A stretch of 50,460 bases of DNA from Candidatus Bathyarchaeia archaeon (GCA_050015395.1 JBEKBM010000025.1:1-50460); one strand, 5' to 3'; positions 38,060 through 47,797 are shown, counted from the first letter of the stretch. Numbers and translations: made by a program. The notes: generated by a model from the letters alone, not told the origin.

Positions 38060-38806
38060 ATGATGGCCCTACAAAAAGGAGATTTCATATTAATCAAATA
38101 TACCCGAAAAGTTAAGGAAACAAACGAAGTTAACGAAACAACAAGCGAAGAAGTAGCTAAGAAAGAACATATTTTCAAGGAAGGGGGAATTTACGAGCCC
38201 AAACTTGTAATTATAGGCGAGCATGTTTATCTTGAAGCCTTAGAAGACAGCCTAACAACAATGGAGATAAACAAACCGGCGACCATTGAAATTCCACCCG
38301 AAAAAGGATCCGGACTAAGAGACCCAAAAAAAGTAAGGCTTGTACCACTCAAGCAATTATTGGCAAAAGAAATTAACCCAGTTGTTGGAGCACAGATAGA
38401 ATTCCAAGGAAAAGAGCCGATTGTCCGTTCAATTGGCGCTGGAAGAGTACTTTTAGATTTCAACCCTCCATTGGCTGGAAAAACCCTAATCTACGATGTT
38501 ACAATCACCAAGAAACTTGAAAGCAACGAGGAAAAAATCGGCGCCCTTGTACACCGCAGAATATCAGTCGTCGAAGAAAACCAGTTCAAGCTAACTATAC
38601 AAGACAAAAACTTAACCATTGACATGCCAGAGATAGCCTTCTACATAGAAGGTATCCAAATTATGAAACGTAGCATCGCAAAGGATATCCAGAAATACAT
38701 CCCTGACTTGGCTGAGACAAAATTCGTCGAAGCCTTCAAAGCTGAACCCAAACCAGCACCAGCAGCACCGACACCTGCACCAGAAGCACAAGCTAGCGCG
38801 CCCTAA
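38060..38806 (+). CDS. slyD: Long-type FKBP peptidyl-prolyl isomerase/chaperone (SlyD-like)
   Basis: GDFILIKY, IEIPPEK, VLLDFNPPLAGKTL, archaeal C-terminal extension. Confidence 0.88.
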   Translation: MMALQKGDFILIKYTRKVKETNEVNETTSEEVAKKEHIFKEGGIYEPKLVIIGEHVYLEALEDSLTTMEINKPATIEIPPEKGSGLRDPKKVRLVPLKQLLAKEINPVVGAQIEFQGKEPIVRSIGAGRVLLDFNPPLAGKTLIYDVTITKKLESNEEKIGALVHRRISVVEENQFKLTIQDKNLTIDMPEIAFYIEGIQIMKRSIAKDIQKYIPDLAETKFVEAFKAEPKPAPAAPTPAPEAQASAP

Positions 38807-38969
38807 AAAAGCGTTAACAAACCTTTCTATCTTTTATAATCAAATTTTTACTTCTGTTCTGAGCTAAGAATATAGTTAAATCAGTCATGACGCTATAATT
38901 ACAGTGTACAAGCACTCACGTTCACTGTTATTCTCGCGTACATGCTTTGTAGGGAGGTGAAAAGCAGAG

Positions 38970-39353
38970 ATGGATCATACAATAGTCCACTTTGAAATCC
39001 CAGCCCAAGATGTAGAAAAACTAAAGCGGTTCTATGAAGAAGTTTTTGGCTGGAAAATAATCCAGTACCCTGCACCGGAAGACTACTGGGTTATACAAAC
39101 TGTTCCTGTCGACTCAAACGGTATGCCGTTGAGGCCAGGAGTAAACGGTGGCATGTTTAGGAAACAACAGCCTGAAATTAAACCTATCAACTATTTTGCC
39201 GTTGAGTCCATTAACGATTACTTAGCTAAAATTCAAAAGCTTGGTGGAAAAGTGATCTCGCCCAAACAGGAAGTTCCTAATGTTGGTTGGATAGCTGCGG
39301 CAGAAGATCCTGAAGGAAACCAGTTTGCGCTTATTCAGCCGTTACGCGTTTAG
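38970..39353 (+). CDS. VOC/glyoxalase family protein
   Basis: VHFEIPA, FYEEVFGW, GVNGG, DPEGNQFAL; GGAGGTG RBS. Confidence 0.9.
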   Translation: MDHTIVHFEIPAQDVEKLKRFYEEVFGWKIIQYPAPEDYWVIQTVPVDSNGMPLRPGVNGGMFRKQQPEIKPINYFAVESINDYLAKIQKLGGKVISPKQEVPNVGWIAAAEDPEGNQFALIQPLRV

Positions 39354-39364
39354 AATTCAAGTGA

Positions 39365-40432
39365 TTAATTGATTATTCCTGTTGCCTTTGCTGTTTTCTC
39401 GCACGCTTCGAAATTAAGATTTAACTTTTGAAGGATTGTGTAGCGTTCAGGCCTTATTTTCGCTGCTACCTCCAACGCTTTAACCACATCAACGTCTTTA
39501 ACGCCTAATTCGCTAGCAGTTGTTGGTGCACCTATCTGCTTGAGCGTATTTCTTATTCTTTGCCAGTTTGCTCTGTAAAGATAAGCGGTCAATATTGAGC
39601 CTACACCGCATTGTTCGCCGTGCATGGCATGGTGCGAATTAAACATGTCCAGGGCGTGGCTAAAGAGGTGTTCTGAACCGCTGCATGGGCGGCTGCTTCC
39701 AGCGATGCTCATCGCGACGCCGCAGCTTATCAAAGCCTCAAGAAGTACATGTAGTCCTTCATCTTTGCGGGAGACGATTAACTCTGCGTTTTCCATAACC
39801 AGTTTTGCACTCATTAAGGCTAGACTGGCTGCGTACTCGCCGTAATACTCGTTTTGTTCCAGATGTGCCAGTTTCCAATCTTTAACTGCTGTAATTTTGG
39901 CGATGACGTCTCCGCAGCCGCTTATTACAAAACGCCAGGGTGCTTGGGCAATAACTTCTGTGTCAGCTATTATCGCCAGGGGCGCTTGTGCCAGTACTGA
40001 GTAGGGCTTGTCTGAACCTTTAATTGAAGCTAAGGGGCTTGCGATGCCGTCGTGAGAAACAGTTGTGGGCACGCTGATGAAGGGGATGTTTTGGCTTCCT
40101 GAACTTATTTTGGCCGCGTCAATTATTGTTCCGCCGCCCACACCGAAAAGCACTTGCGGCTTTAACTCTTTTATTTGGCTTTCAATATCTAACACGTCTC
40201 TTGTAGTCATGGTCTTAACAAGAAGAAAATCAACCGACAAACCTGATTCCATAAGAAAATCAGAAACCGCTTTTCCAGCTACATCATAACATTTTGAGTC
40301 CGACATTACCAACGCTTTCCCCCTAAGTCCTAACCGTCTTGCCACTTCAGGAACCCGTTGCAGTGTTCCTTTTCCAACGATGACTTCGCGAGGAAGCTGC
40401 ATGTAATGGTAATTTAGTGTCAAACTAACCAC
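39365..40432 (-). CDS. egsA: NAD(P)-dependent glycerol-1-phosphate dehydrogenase
   Basis: QLPREVIVG, GVGGGTIIDAAK, SVPTTVSHDGIAS, SRPCSGSEHLFSHALD, HGEQCG, RPERYTIL. Confidence 0.95.
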   Translation of the reverse strand: MVSLTLNYHYMQLPREVIVGKGTLQRVPEVARRLGLRGKALVMSDSKCYDVAGKAVSDFLMESGLSVDFLLVKTMTTRDVLDIESQIKELKPQVLFGVGGGTIIDAAKISSGSQNIPFISVPTTVSHDGIASPLASIKGSDKPYSVLAQAPLAIIADTEVIAQAPWRFVISGCGDVIAKITAVKDWKLAHLEQNEYYGEYAASLALMSAKLVMENAELIVSRKDEGLHVLLEALISCGVAMSIAGSSRPCSGSEHLFSHALDMFNSHHAMHGEQCGVGSILTAYLYRANWQRIRNTLKQIGAPTTASELGVKDVDVVKALEVAAKIRPERYTILQKLNLNFEACEKTAKATGIIN

Positions 40433-40591
40433 TGTTAACTTGCAAACATTAATTTAACTCCAATGGTTTAAAACTTTGGGAACTGCACAGAAAACAAGCC
40501 AGTATAACCGAGTAAAGGATTATCTTTTCAAGAAATTTTGAATATCGAATGAGAAGAAAAGCATTAAATACTTTAATCGAGTACTTTTTAC

Positions 40592-40993
40592 TTGTACAGG
40601 CGAACGCTTGTAAAAGATAACAAATTTTTTGGTGATTTCATGCTTCAAACAATCGAAGACTCATGTAAAAATGAAAAAATAGCGCGTAATGCGCACCCGA
40701 AAGCTCCTCAAATGCTATTATTTGAGCAAAACACGAAGGGAATTACGGAAGCTGATTTGATTGATTGTGAAGCGGGCGTAATGTTCCTTGAAGAAATGGT
40801 CAAATGGTTAGAAACCTTTGTTCAATTAAGAAAAAAGAACACGGGTAGCCATTTTAATAAAGTAGAAAAAAGGGTTGATGAATTAAGCACAGATTTTTTA
40901 GAAAGCTGCAAGAGAGAACTGCAAGCAAGCGTTGCTACTTGGGGCAGAAGACCTTTTGAAGACTATATTCATGAGAAGGGCGTTTATAAGTAG
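40592..40993 (+). CDS. Hypothetical protein
   Basis: 133 aa ORF; probable ATG after GGTGA at about 40640. Confidence 0.6.
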   Translation: MYRRTLVKDNKFFGDFMLQTIEDSCKNEKIARNAHPKAPQMLLFEQNTKGITEADLIDCEAGVMFLEEMVKWLETFVQLRKKNTGSHFNKVEKRVDELSTDFLESCKRELQASVATWGRRPFEDYIHEKGVYK

Positions 40994-41092
40994 CTGCAAA
41001 GCTTCTTTGAGTACTCACTGATTTTTTGAAAATAAGCTGAGACCCGCGTAGAAGTAGGAAACAATAAAAATCCGTAAAACAAAATTCTATTT

Positions 41093-41470
41093 ATGATAAA
41101 ACAAAGAACGATTGATGAAATTTTAAGCAGCCTTGAACCCGCTCAGAAGGAAACCATACAAAACCTTCGCGCATTAATCAAAAGTGCTGTTCCAGAAACT
41201 GTTGAAATAGTGAGACAGGGAAAAATCGTTTACAAGTTAAATGATAAAGACTTTGTTTGGATAAGCCACTACCAAGACCATGTGGATTTGGAGTTTTTTA
41301 TGGGCGCAAGCCTTGACTCTGACCTGCTGAAAAGCAGGGGAGAAGCGGAAAAATCAGAAAACGTTAGACACATAACAGTAAGCCATCTTGATAAGTTAAA
41401 ACCTGAAATAGTGCGGCTTCTGAAAGCTGCAGCGGCAGTGGGATTTGAGCACTGTCCAACCTCTGCATGA
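41093..41470 (+). CDS. DUF1801 (YdhG-like) protein
   Basis: TIDEIL, LRALIKSAVPE, HVDLEFFMGASL, VRHI. Confidence 0.8.
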   Translation: MIKQRTIDEILSSLEPAQKETIQNLRALIKSAVPETVEIVRQGKIVYKLNDKDFVWISHYQDHVDLEFFMGASLDSDLLKSRGEAEKSENVRHITVSHLDKLKPEIVRLLKAAAAVGFEHCPTSA

Positions 41471-41483
41471 AACAAAAACTGCA

Positions 41484-41720
41484 TTAATTTTCCTTAGGCT
41501 TAATCGCTATTTTTGTATTGAAGCTTACACTGAATTTTCCGTTCATTTTGCCGACTGAAAAATTAAAGCTGTCTACGCTAACATTCATGGGTTTGCCAGA
41601 TATCTCTCTAACATTATCCGCAAAATCTCTTACCTTGTCTATTATTTCAGCTACGTCAATGTTTGTGGTAGATACTTTTTCTTTTTCTGGCTCGGACTGG
41701 CGTATTTGCATTTCAACCAC
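41484..41720 (-). CDS. Hypothetical protein
   Basis: 78 aa ORF with GGAG upstream. Confidence 0.6.
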   Translation of the reverse strand: MVEMQIRQSEPEKEKVSTTNIDVAEIIDKVRDFADNVREISGKPMNVSVDSFNFSVGKMNGKFSVSFNTKIAIKPKEN

Positions 41721-41941
41721 TTATTTCGTCTCCAAAAAACCTAACGTATTCATGCCAAACTGATTTTTTAAACATATGTGACTAGCCTACCACATACACA
41801 ATCTAATGAGCGCCCTATACCCAAGAGAAACGCAAAGAGCTCAATCAACAAAACTTATCAGGTGGTAAAGTTTCTTATCCACGACAAGAAGCCACGAAGC
41901 AGCTAGTAAAGGCAAATCAAGCGCCATTTTAAATGCGGTTT

Positions 41942-42019
41942 GGGCGAGTAGCTCAGTACGGATAGAGCACCAGCCTCCTAAGTTGGGGGTCGAGGGTTCA
42001 AATCCCTCCCCGCCCGCCA
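41942..42019 (+). tRNA. tRNA-Arg (anticodon CCT), CCA encoded
   Basis: GGGCGAG acceptor; D arm GCTC/GAGC; anticodon arm CCAGC-CTCCTAA-GTTGG; T arm GAGGG-TTCAAAT-CCCTC; CCCGCCC-G-CCA. Confidence 0.96.
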
Positions 42020-42048
42020 CAACGTACTAACTTATGAGGAAATCGACC

Positions 42049-43032
42049 CTAAGGCGACGTGTCCCCCTTCACAATCGGACGACCATCCCTGTATGAACAC
42101 TGAAGCCCATACTTCTTCACGCACTCTAAACAGAGAATGGGATCGCAGAGGGTCGTGCTCAAGTATTTTTCGCCGCCATCAGGAGCAATGGCAACAATCA
42201 TGCCTTTCTCGATTTCTCTTGCTTTGGCTGCCGCAATGTGGAAAATGGCTCCTGAACTTGGGCCTACAAAAATTCCTTCCTGCAAGGTGAGAAGTCGGGA
42301 AGCTTCCTCAGCGTCCTTAGGGTTCACGTAATAGATTTCGTCGACCAACTTTGGGTTCCAGATTGCTGGCACGTACTGGGTCTTCAGGTCCTTCAAGCCT
42401 TGAATCGTTGTGCCAGGTTCAGGCTGAATCCCGATAACCTTCACGGCGGGGTTGTGTTCCTTGAGCCGTTTCGAGACACCCATTAACGTGCCTGTGGTTC
42501 CGATGCCAGCCACAAAGTGAGTGACCCGCCCCTTCGTATCTCGCCATATCTCCTCACCCGTCGTTTGGTAATGTGCCAAGACATTTGCTTCGTTTGCAAA
42601 CTGGTTGGGTATGAAGTACTTGTCTGGGTTACGTTTGACTATTTCATGCGCTAAGTCTTCAGCTCCATCCATTCCCTTGGACCCATCGCTGAGCAGAATC
42701 TTAGCCCCCAACGAAATTAGGATCTGGCGCCTCTCCAACGTCATGGTTTCAGGCATAACCAGCACCAAGTCGTACCTCTTGGCGCGGCAGACCAAAGCCA
42801 ACCCGATGCCCGTGTTTCCACTCGTGGGTTCAATCACCGTTTTGCCGCCTGTCAACTGCCCCGATTTTTCAGCCTCTTCAATCATGTATTTGGCGATTCG
42901 ATCCTTAACTGACCCGCCTGGGTTGCATTTCTCCAACTTGACGTACATCTGAACGTTAGGGTTAGGATTCAAGCGTCTTATCTCCACCATAGGAGTGTTG
43001 CCGATAAGTTCGAGCACATTTTTCGCATTCAT
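42049..43032 (-). CDS. Cysteine synthase (CysK/CysM family, PLP-dependent)
   Basis: IGNTPMV, KLEKCNPGGSVKDR, EPTSGNTGIGLA, NQFAN, GIGTTGT, GPSSGA; ATG 43032. Confidence 0.93.
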   Translation of the reverse strand: MNAKNVLELIGNTPMVEIRRLNPNPNVQMYVKLEKCNPGGSVKDRIAKYMIEEAEKSGQLTGGKTVIEPTSGNTGIGLALVCRAKRYDLVLVMPETMTLERRQILISLGAKILLSDGSKGMDGAEDLAHEIVKRNPDKYFIPNQFANEANVLAHYQTTGEEIWRDTKGRVTHFVAGIGTTGTLMGVSKRLKEHNPAVKVIGIQPEPGTTIQGLKDLKTQYVPAIWNPKLVDEIYYVNPKDAEEASRLLTLQEGIFVGPSSGAIFHIAAAKAREIEKGMIVAIAPDGGEKYLSTTLCDPILCLECVKKYGLQCSYRDGRPIVKGDTSP

Positions 43033-43144
43033 CTTTAAGCACCGCAAAAGACTGATAATAATTAGTTCGCTACAGTACTATAAATTATATGCGGACAAAC
43101 TCTTCTTTCAACGGAGTACGTGAGCATCGACATTGCTAAACGAA

Positions 43145-43176
43145 GGTCAAGGGTTCAAATCCCTCCCCGCCCGCCA
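43145..43176 (+). repeat. tRNA-Arg 3'-end copy 1 (att-like)
   Basis: GGTCAAGGGTTCAAATCCCTCCCCGCCCGCCA, 31/32 identical to the tRNA end. Confidence 0.95.
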
Positions 43177-43280
43177 TGTTTTGTGATAGTGCGCTTGGTC
43201 TGAAAGTTTTCAATTGAAAGTAACTCTCGTAAGAAGGCTTTAGTAATACTTTGTCATTCACACTACTATTTGGTGATAAA

Positions 43281-43493
43281 ATGAAATTCGGTGTAGTGGT
43301 TGAAAAAGATGAAGATGGCTATTATGTTGCTTCTGTTCCAGAGTTACCTGGCTGCCACACCCAAGCCAAAACACTGGACGAAGTTATGAGAAGAATCAAG
43401 GAAGCCATCCAGGCTTGTTTGGAAGTTGAAGGCCCGAAAGGCCGTGAACACACCGAACTCGTTGGAGTTCAGTTCGTAGAGGTTCAAGCTTAA
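43281..43493 (+). CDS. hicB: HicB-family antitoxin (short form)
   Basis: VVVEKDEDGYYVASVPELPGCHTQAKTLDE...IKEAI; GGTGA RBS. Confidence 0.92.
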   Translation: MKFGVVVEKDEDGYYVASVPELPGCHTQAKTLDEVMRRIKEAIQACLEVEGPKGREHTELVGVQFVEVQA

Positions 43494-43724
43494 TGAGCTT
43501 GAAGTCGCAATCAGCCAAAAAGATAATTAGGGTTCTTTCAAAGTTAGGTTTTTAAAATTGTGAGAAAACAAGGCAGTCATGTTGTACTAAAGCATGCGGA
43601 TGGAAGACTTACAGTTGTTCCAGTCCATGCAGGTGAAGAAATAGGCAGAGGGTTACTTAACAAGATTATCAAAGATACGGGACTGCCTAAAGAGGAATTC
43701 ATCAAACTACTAGAAAACGAATGA
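43493..43724 (+). pseudogene. hicA: HicA toxin interrupted by one extra T (GGT TTT TAA)
   Basis: Removing one T at 43549..43553 gives MSLKSQSAKKIIRVLSKLGFKIVRKQGSHVVLKHADGRLTVVPVHAGEEIGRGLLNKIIKDTGLPKEEFIKLLENE*. Confidence 0.9.
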
Positions 43725-43800
43725 TTCCGATTTTTATAGTGCGTACTCTAAACGTACCTTAGGTTGCCAAATTCTGGGATAACCAAATAATTGTATAGGG

Positions 43801-43853
43801 GCACCAGCCTCCTAAGTTGGGGGTCGAGGGTTCAAATCCCTCCCCGCCCGCCA
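43801..43853 (+). repeat. tRNA-Arg 3'-end copy 2 (att-like), 53 bp exact including anticodon arm
   Basis: GCACCAGCCTCCTAAGTTGGGGGTCGAGGGTTCAAATCCCTCCCCGCCCGCCA. Confidence 0.97.
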
Positions 43854-44164
43854 TAGCGTGCGGCTAAAAATTTTTAAAAAAATATTTTTCGCTAGATTCT
43901 ATTACACTGTACGCTGTGTGGGCTGCCCAAACTAATGTATCCAAACACACCTTGTTCAATTTTGCTTGCCCTTGTATACATTCACCTCACTTATTTCGTT
44001 TGCGAAGCTCTCGGAAAAAAAACATAGTGAATTGATTATTGAATAAGGAGTTTTGATAGTTTTTTACCTTAGCAAAATCAAGAGCTGTATTTTCTTTTCC
44101 AAAAGGTTAAAAAAAAACATAACGTTATAATTAATTGTCATAATTTCTGGACATATGAAGAAAT

Positions 44165-46102
44165 ATGGTGCAAATAAAAAGAATTGCTACAATTCCCGTA
44201 ATTGTTTTAGTACTTTTAATAACAATTCTGTACGCCTTTAACATCAGCACGGCCGTTTTTAATCCGCCCTATTTGGAGTTAGCCCTCCAAATTCTTTTCG
44301 TTTTGGTAACAGGTCTGGCTGTTGCTGTCGTATCCGCGATAAGTTATCTGCGTTCTGGGTCGTTCAATGTTCTTTTGCTAGGCAGCTCCCTTCTCGTAAG
44401 CGGGCTTGCTTTAACAATTTCTTCTTTAGCGTTAGACCCAATTGTTCCGCCAACTCTCTCGCCAGATCAAGCAGTTACAATAGGCAACATTGGACTCTTA
44501 GTCGCCTCAATTATTATGCTCATAGGCGCCATAACAACTTGGTCTGGAAGAGGAGCAAATTCACAAGCCAACCGCAAAATCGTCTTAGCAACAACGTACT
44601 TTGCATTTGTCCTCTTGGTCATTGCTATAGCCGTAGCGGCTGCATCTAATCTGACTCCACCTTTTCTTACCTCGACAGGTCCAACCGCAGAGCGCTTAAC
44701 TGTTTTAGCGCTCCAGATCGTCATCTATTTTGCAAGTTGCTTGCTGTTTAGTTTGATGTATTTCAAATCAAAAAAGCCTACTTTGTATTGGTATTCTTTA
44801 GCGCTTGGATTGCTTGTTGTTTCTTTGATTGCTGCGCTTTTCGTAATTAATATAGGCGATGTCATGAATTGGATAGAAAGGGTTGGATTGTATCTTTCTG
44901 GATTGTATTTCTTAGCAGCCCTTTTGAGTCTTGAAACAAGGGAACAAGAAGGTGTTGGTTTTTATGAAAGTTGGGCAGAAGCGTTTAGGTCTGACCGCAA
45001 GCAAATCGCTACCTTCTTCTCCAAAATGATTGACGGATTCGCATATTGCAAAATCATAACTGACAAAGGGGGAAAACCAATCGATTATGTTTACCTTGAT
45101 GTTAATGATGCTTTTGAGAAAATAAGCGGGGTCAAAAAAGAGAGTATTTTGAGCAAGAGAGAAACTGAAGTATTTAATGAAATAGAGAGCGATCCAAGTT
45201 GGATAAGTATCGATGGTCGTGTCGCTCTTACGGGCGAACCAGTCATTTTTGAGAAGTATTCGCTGGCGATGAAGAAGTGGCTTCACGTTTCTGTTTACTG
45301 CCCACAAAAAGGGTATTTTGTCTCAATCTTAGAGGATATAACTGAGCGCAAGAAAGCTGAAGAGAAGCTTGAGGAATATCGAGAGAACTTGGAGAAGCTT
45401 GTTGAAGAACGTACTAAGCAGCTTAAAGATTTTGAGCGTTTAGCCACTATAGGCGCAACTGCTGGTATGGTTGGGCATGACATTCGTAATCCGTTGCAGG
45501 CTATTACTGGTGACGTGTTTTTGGCAAAGACAGATTTGGCTTCGATTCCCGAGAGCGAAGAGAAAAATAACGTTCAAGAAAGTCTAGTGGAAATTGAGAA
45601 GAACGTTTCTTACATTAACAAGATTGTGACAGATATTCAAGACTTCGCAAAGCCTATATCGCCAAAACTTGAAGAAACCGACCTTGAACAGATTATCCAC
45701 CTTGTCTTAGCTAACCTCAAAATCCCCGGAAACGTAGCCGTTAACCATTTCATCGGAAAAGGTTTCCCAAAACTCAAAGTCGACCAATTATACCTCCAAA
45801 GAATATTGACCAATCTAGCCAACAATGCGATCCAAGCTATGCCGAAAGGAGGAAAATTAACCATAAACGCGGTCCAAAAAGGCAAAAAAGCGGTTATCAG
45901 CGTGGAGGACACAGGCGAAGGCATACCGGAAAACGTGAAAAGCAAACTGTTCACACCGCTTGTGACGACGAAAGCTATGGGTCACGGCTTTGGCTTAGCC
46001 GCAGTTAAGAGGTTCACGGAAGGAATGGGCGGAACGGTAACGTTTGAAAGTGAGGTTGGGAAAGGAACAAAATTCATAATCGAACTTCCGGTTAGTTTGT
46101 AA
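44165..46102 (+). CDS. Membrane sensor histidine kinase (multi-TM, PAS, HisKA, HATPase)
   Basis: About 8 TMs; VNDAFE PAS; GHDIRNPL, NLANNAIQA, EDTGEGI, GHGFGL. Confidence 0.93.
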   Translation: MVQIKRIATIPVIVLVLLITILYAFNISTAVFNPPYLELALQILFVLVTGLAVAVVSAISYLRSGSFNVLLLGSSLLVSGLALTISSLALDPIVPPTLSPDQAVTIGNIGLLVASIIMLIGAITTWSGRGANSQANRKIVLATTYFAFVLLVIAIAVAAASNLTPPFLTSTGPTAERLTVLALQIVIYFASCLLFSLMYFKSKKPTLYWYSLALGLLVVSLIAALFVINIGDVMNWIERVGLYLSGLYFLAALLSLETREQEGVGFYESWAEAFRSDRKQIATFFSKMIDGFAYCKIITDKGGKPIDYVYLDVNDAFEKISGVKKESILSKRETEVFNEIESDPSWISIDGRVALTGEPVIFEKYSLAMKKWLHVSVYCPQKGYFVSILEDITERKKAEEKLEEYRENLEKLVEERTKQLKDFERLATIGATAGMVGHDIRNPLQAITGDVFLAKTDLASIPESEEKNNVQESLVEIEKNVSYINKIVTDIQDFAKPISPKLEETDLEQIIHLVLANLKIPGNVAVNHFIGKGFPKLKVDQLYLQRILTNLANNAIQAMPKGGKLTINAVQKGKKAVISVEDTGEGIPENVKSKLFTPLVTTKAMGHGFGLAAVKRFTEGMGGTVTFESEVGKGTKFIIELPVSL

Positions 46103-46287
46103 GAAAAAAGGTTAATTTCGCGTCTGTAATCTTTCAAGTGAAGCTTGGTTCTAAACTCTGCTTGGTGGCTTTTTTTGTTGTAGTTTCGTTTTCCAATTTG
46201 GGTTGGGATCCATGTTTGCGCGAATGCTAGACTGAATATCGAAATAACAAGCGAAAACGGATAGGCAGATATAGACCTTCACCCAAC

Positions 46288-47295
46288 TTGGAAATCGCAA
46301 TGATAGAATCCGTTTTGCTCTTGATATTCAGTATTCTTGCTGTTTTTGTTTCGGCTTTGTTGTACGTTAATTCCATCGAGTTTCTGGGTTACAGATACAG
46401 TATAGGCGGTTCTTTTGTTGGAGCGATTTTGTCTCCGCTTTTCACTTCGCTTCCTGAACTCATCATTCTGTTGATCGCTGTTTTTGAGTTTGGAGGAGCC
46501 AACGGCTCCGCGATAGGAGTAGGCACAATATTTGGCCAGCCTTTTATGGCCTCAAGTCTTTCATACGGGTTGGTCGGGGTTTTAGTTCTCTTAAGTTTCA
46601 TCCTAAAGAAGCGAAACCACAGTTACATGGAAGTAAGCCGCACATTGTCGATACCGTTCATTTTCGTCACGGTCCTGTTTCCATTGACTCTTATACCATC
46701 CTTCTTCTCGTCAAGGCTGGTGCGTTTTCTTTTTGGGTTAATTTTTCTAGGCGCCTATCTTATTTACCTAGCCATAATGTACAAGAGACGGTCGCTTGAA
46801 GCCATAGGTGAAGCGGAGCAGCCTTACTTTTGCCGAGTTTGCCGAAACAGAGAGCTTGCCGGTTTTGTCCAGTTGATTGTTTCAGTCGTTATCCTTTATT
46901 TTGGAGCAAGCCAGTTGGTGGCTGCCGTAAATCAGATAGCTGTCAGCTTTGGAGTTAGCGTGTTGGGATTGGCGATAATTGTGATACCCGCGGCCACAGC
47001 GGTTCCTGAGACCGTAAGCGCTTTGATTTGGGGTTTTAGGGGGAAAGACACGTTAAGCATAGGGTCACTGGTTGGCGAGAAAGTTCTTTATTCCACATTG
47101 TACCCTGCGATTGGGCTGTTTATTACTTCATGGACGTTAAACATTCAAGTTTATCTGAGCGTTCTAGCCACTTCAGTAGTCTCGCTGTTGATGCTTTTCT
47201 TTGTCTACCGAAAGAGGATACCATGGTACGGTCTGATTTTCGGATTGGCATTCTTTGCGGCTTATGTGCTGCTGACGTTTTGGTTGCATGTTTGA
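46288..47295 (+). CDS. Ca2+/cation antiporter (CaCA, Na/Ca exchanger family)
   Basis: Two alpha repeats FTSLPEL and ATAVPET; about 10 TMs. Confidence 0.85.
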   Translation: MEIAMIESVLLLIFSILAVFVSALLYVNSIEFLGYRYSIGGSFVGAILSPLFTSLPELIILLIAVFEFGGANGSAIGVGTIFGQPFMASSLSYGLVGVLVLLSFILKKRNHSYMEVSRTLSIPFIFVTVLFPLTLIPSFFSSRLVRFLFGLIFLGAYLIYLAIMYKRRSLEAIGEAEQPYFCRVCRNRELAGFVQLIVSVVILYFGASQLVAAVNQIAVSFGVSVLGLAIIVIPAATAVPETVSALIWGFRGKDTLSIGSLVGEKVLYSTLYPAIGLFITSWTLNIQVYLSVLATSVVSLLMLFFVYRKRIPWYGLIFGLAFFAAYVLLTFWLHV

Positions 47296-47666
47296 CTCGA
47301 AAACATGACTTCATTAAAAACTTTTAGAACCATTCTCATTGAGTCAATCATGTTTTTGTCGATAATTACTTTCACTCAACCAGAAGAGCAATAGGCTTTC
47401 CACAAGCATTACAGTTTATACTAATTCTTGTAACCTTTTTGTCTGCAGCGAAGCTTTTCACCATTTTTTTGGTTCTTGTTCTATCCCGTGCAGCTTCTTC
47501 ATCCGATAGAAATCCTGGGCGGGTACGACGCTTGTGCAGATGTTTTTTCCTCAAAATTATATTGCCGAAACCTCGTTAAAGTGTTTGTATCGAACGAGCG
47601 TATATTCGTTTCTGACTTTGGCAATGGAAAAGAGGGAATTTGCGGGTGAAATCTCCACGTTGGTTG

Positions 47667-47692
47667 GGGTTCAAATCCCTCCCCGCTCGCCA
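47667..47692 (+). repeat. tRNA-Arg 3'-end copy 3 (att-like)
   Basis: GGGTTCAAATCCCTCCCCGCTCGCCA, 25/26 identical. Confidence 0.9.
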
Positions 47693-47797
47693 CGGATCAC
47701 TTCGGATAACAATTATAACAAAAATAACAAGAAAATAGCATTGCTAGAAAAAACGTTATTTCACAGAACCCAATTCAAAAGAGTCAGTTGCCTTAGG

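Noticed and set aside
43801-43853. Second tRNA-Arg gene or split-tRNA half
   Set aside because: It lacks the 5' acceptor strand and most of the D arm, and I saw no complementary flanking sequence for trans-splicing; it fits an att-type duplication.
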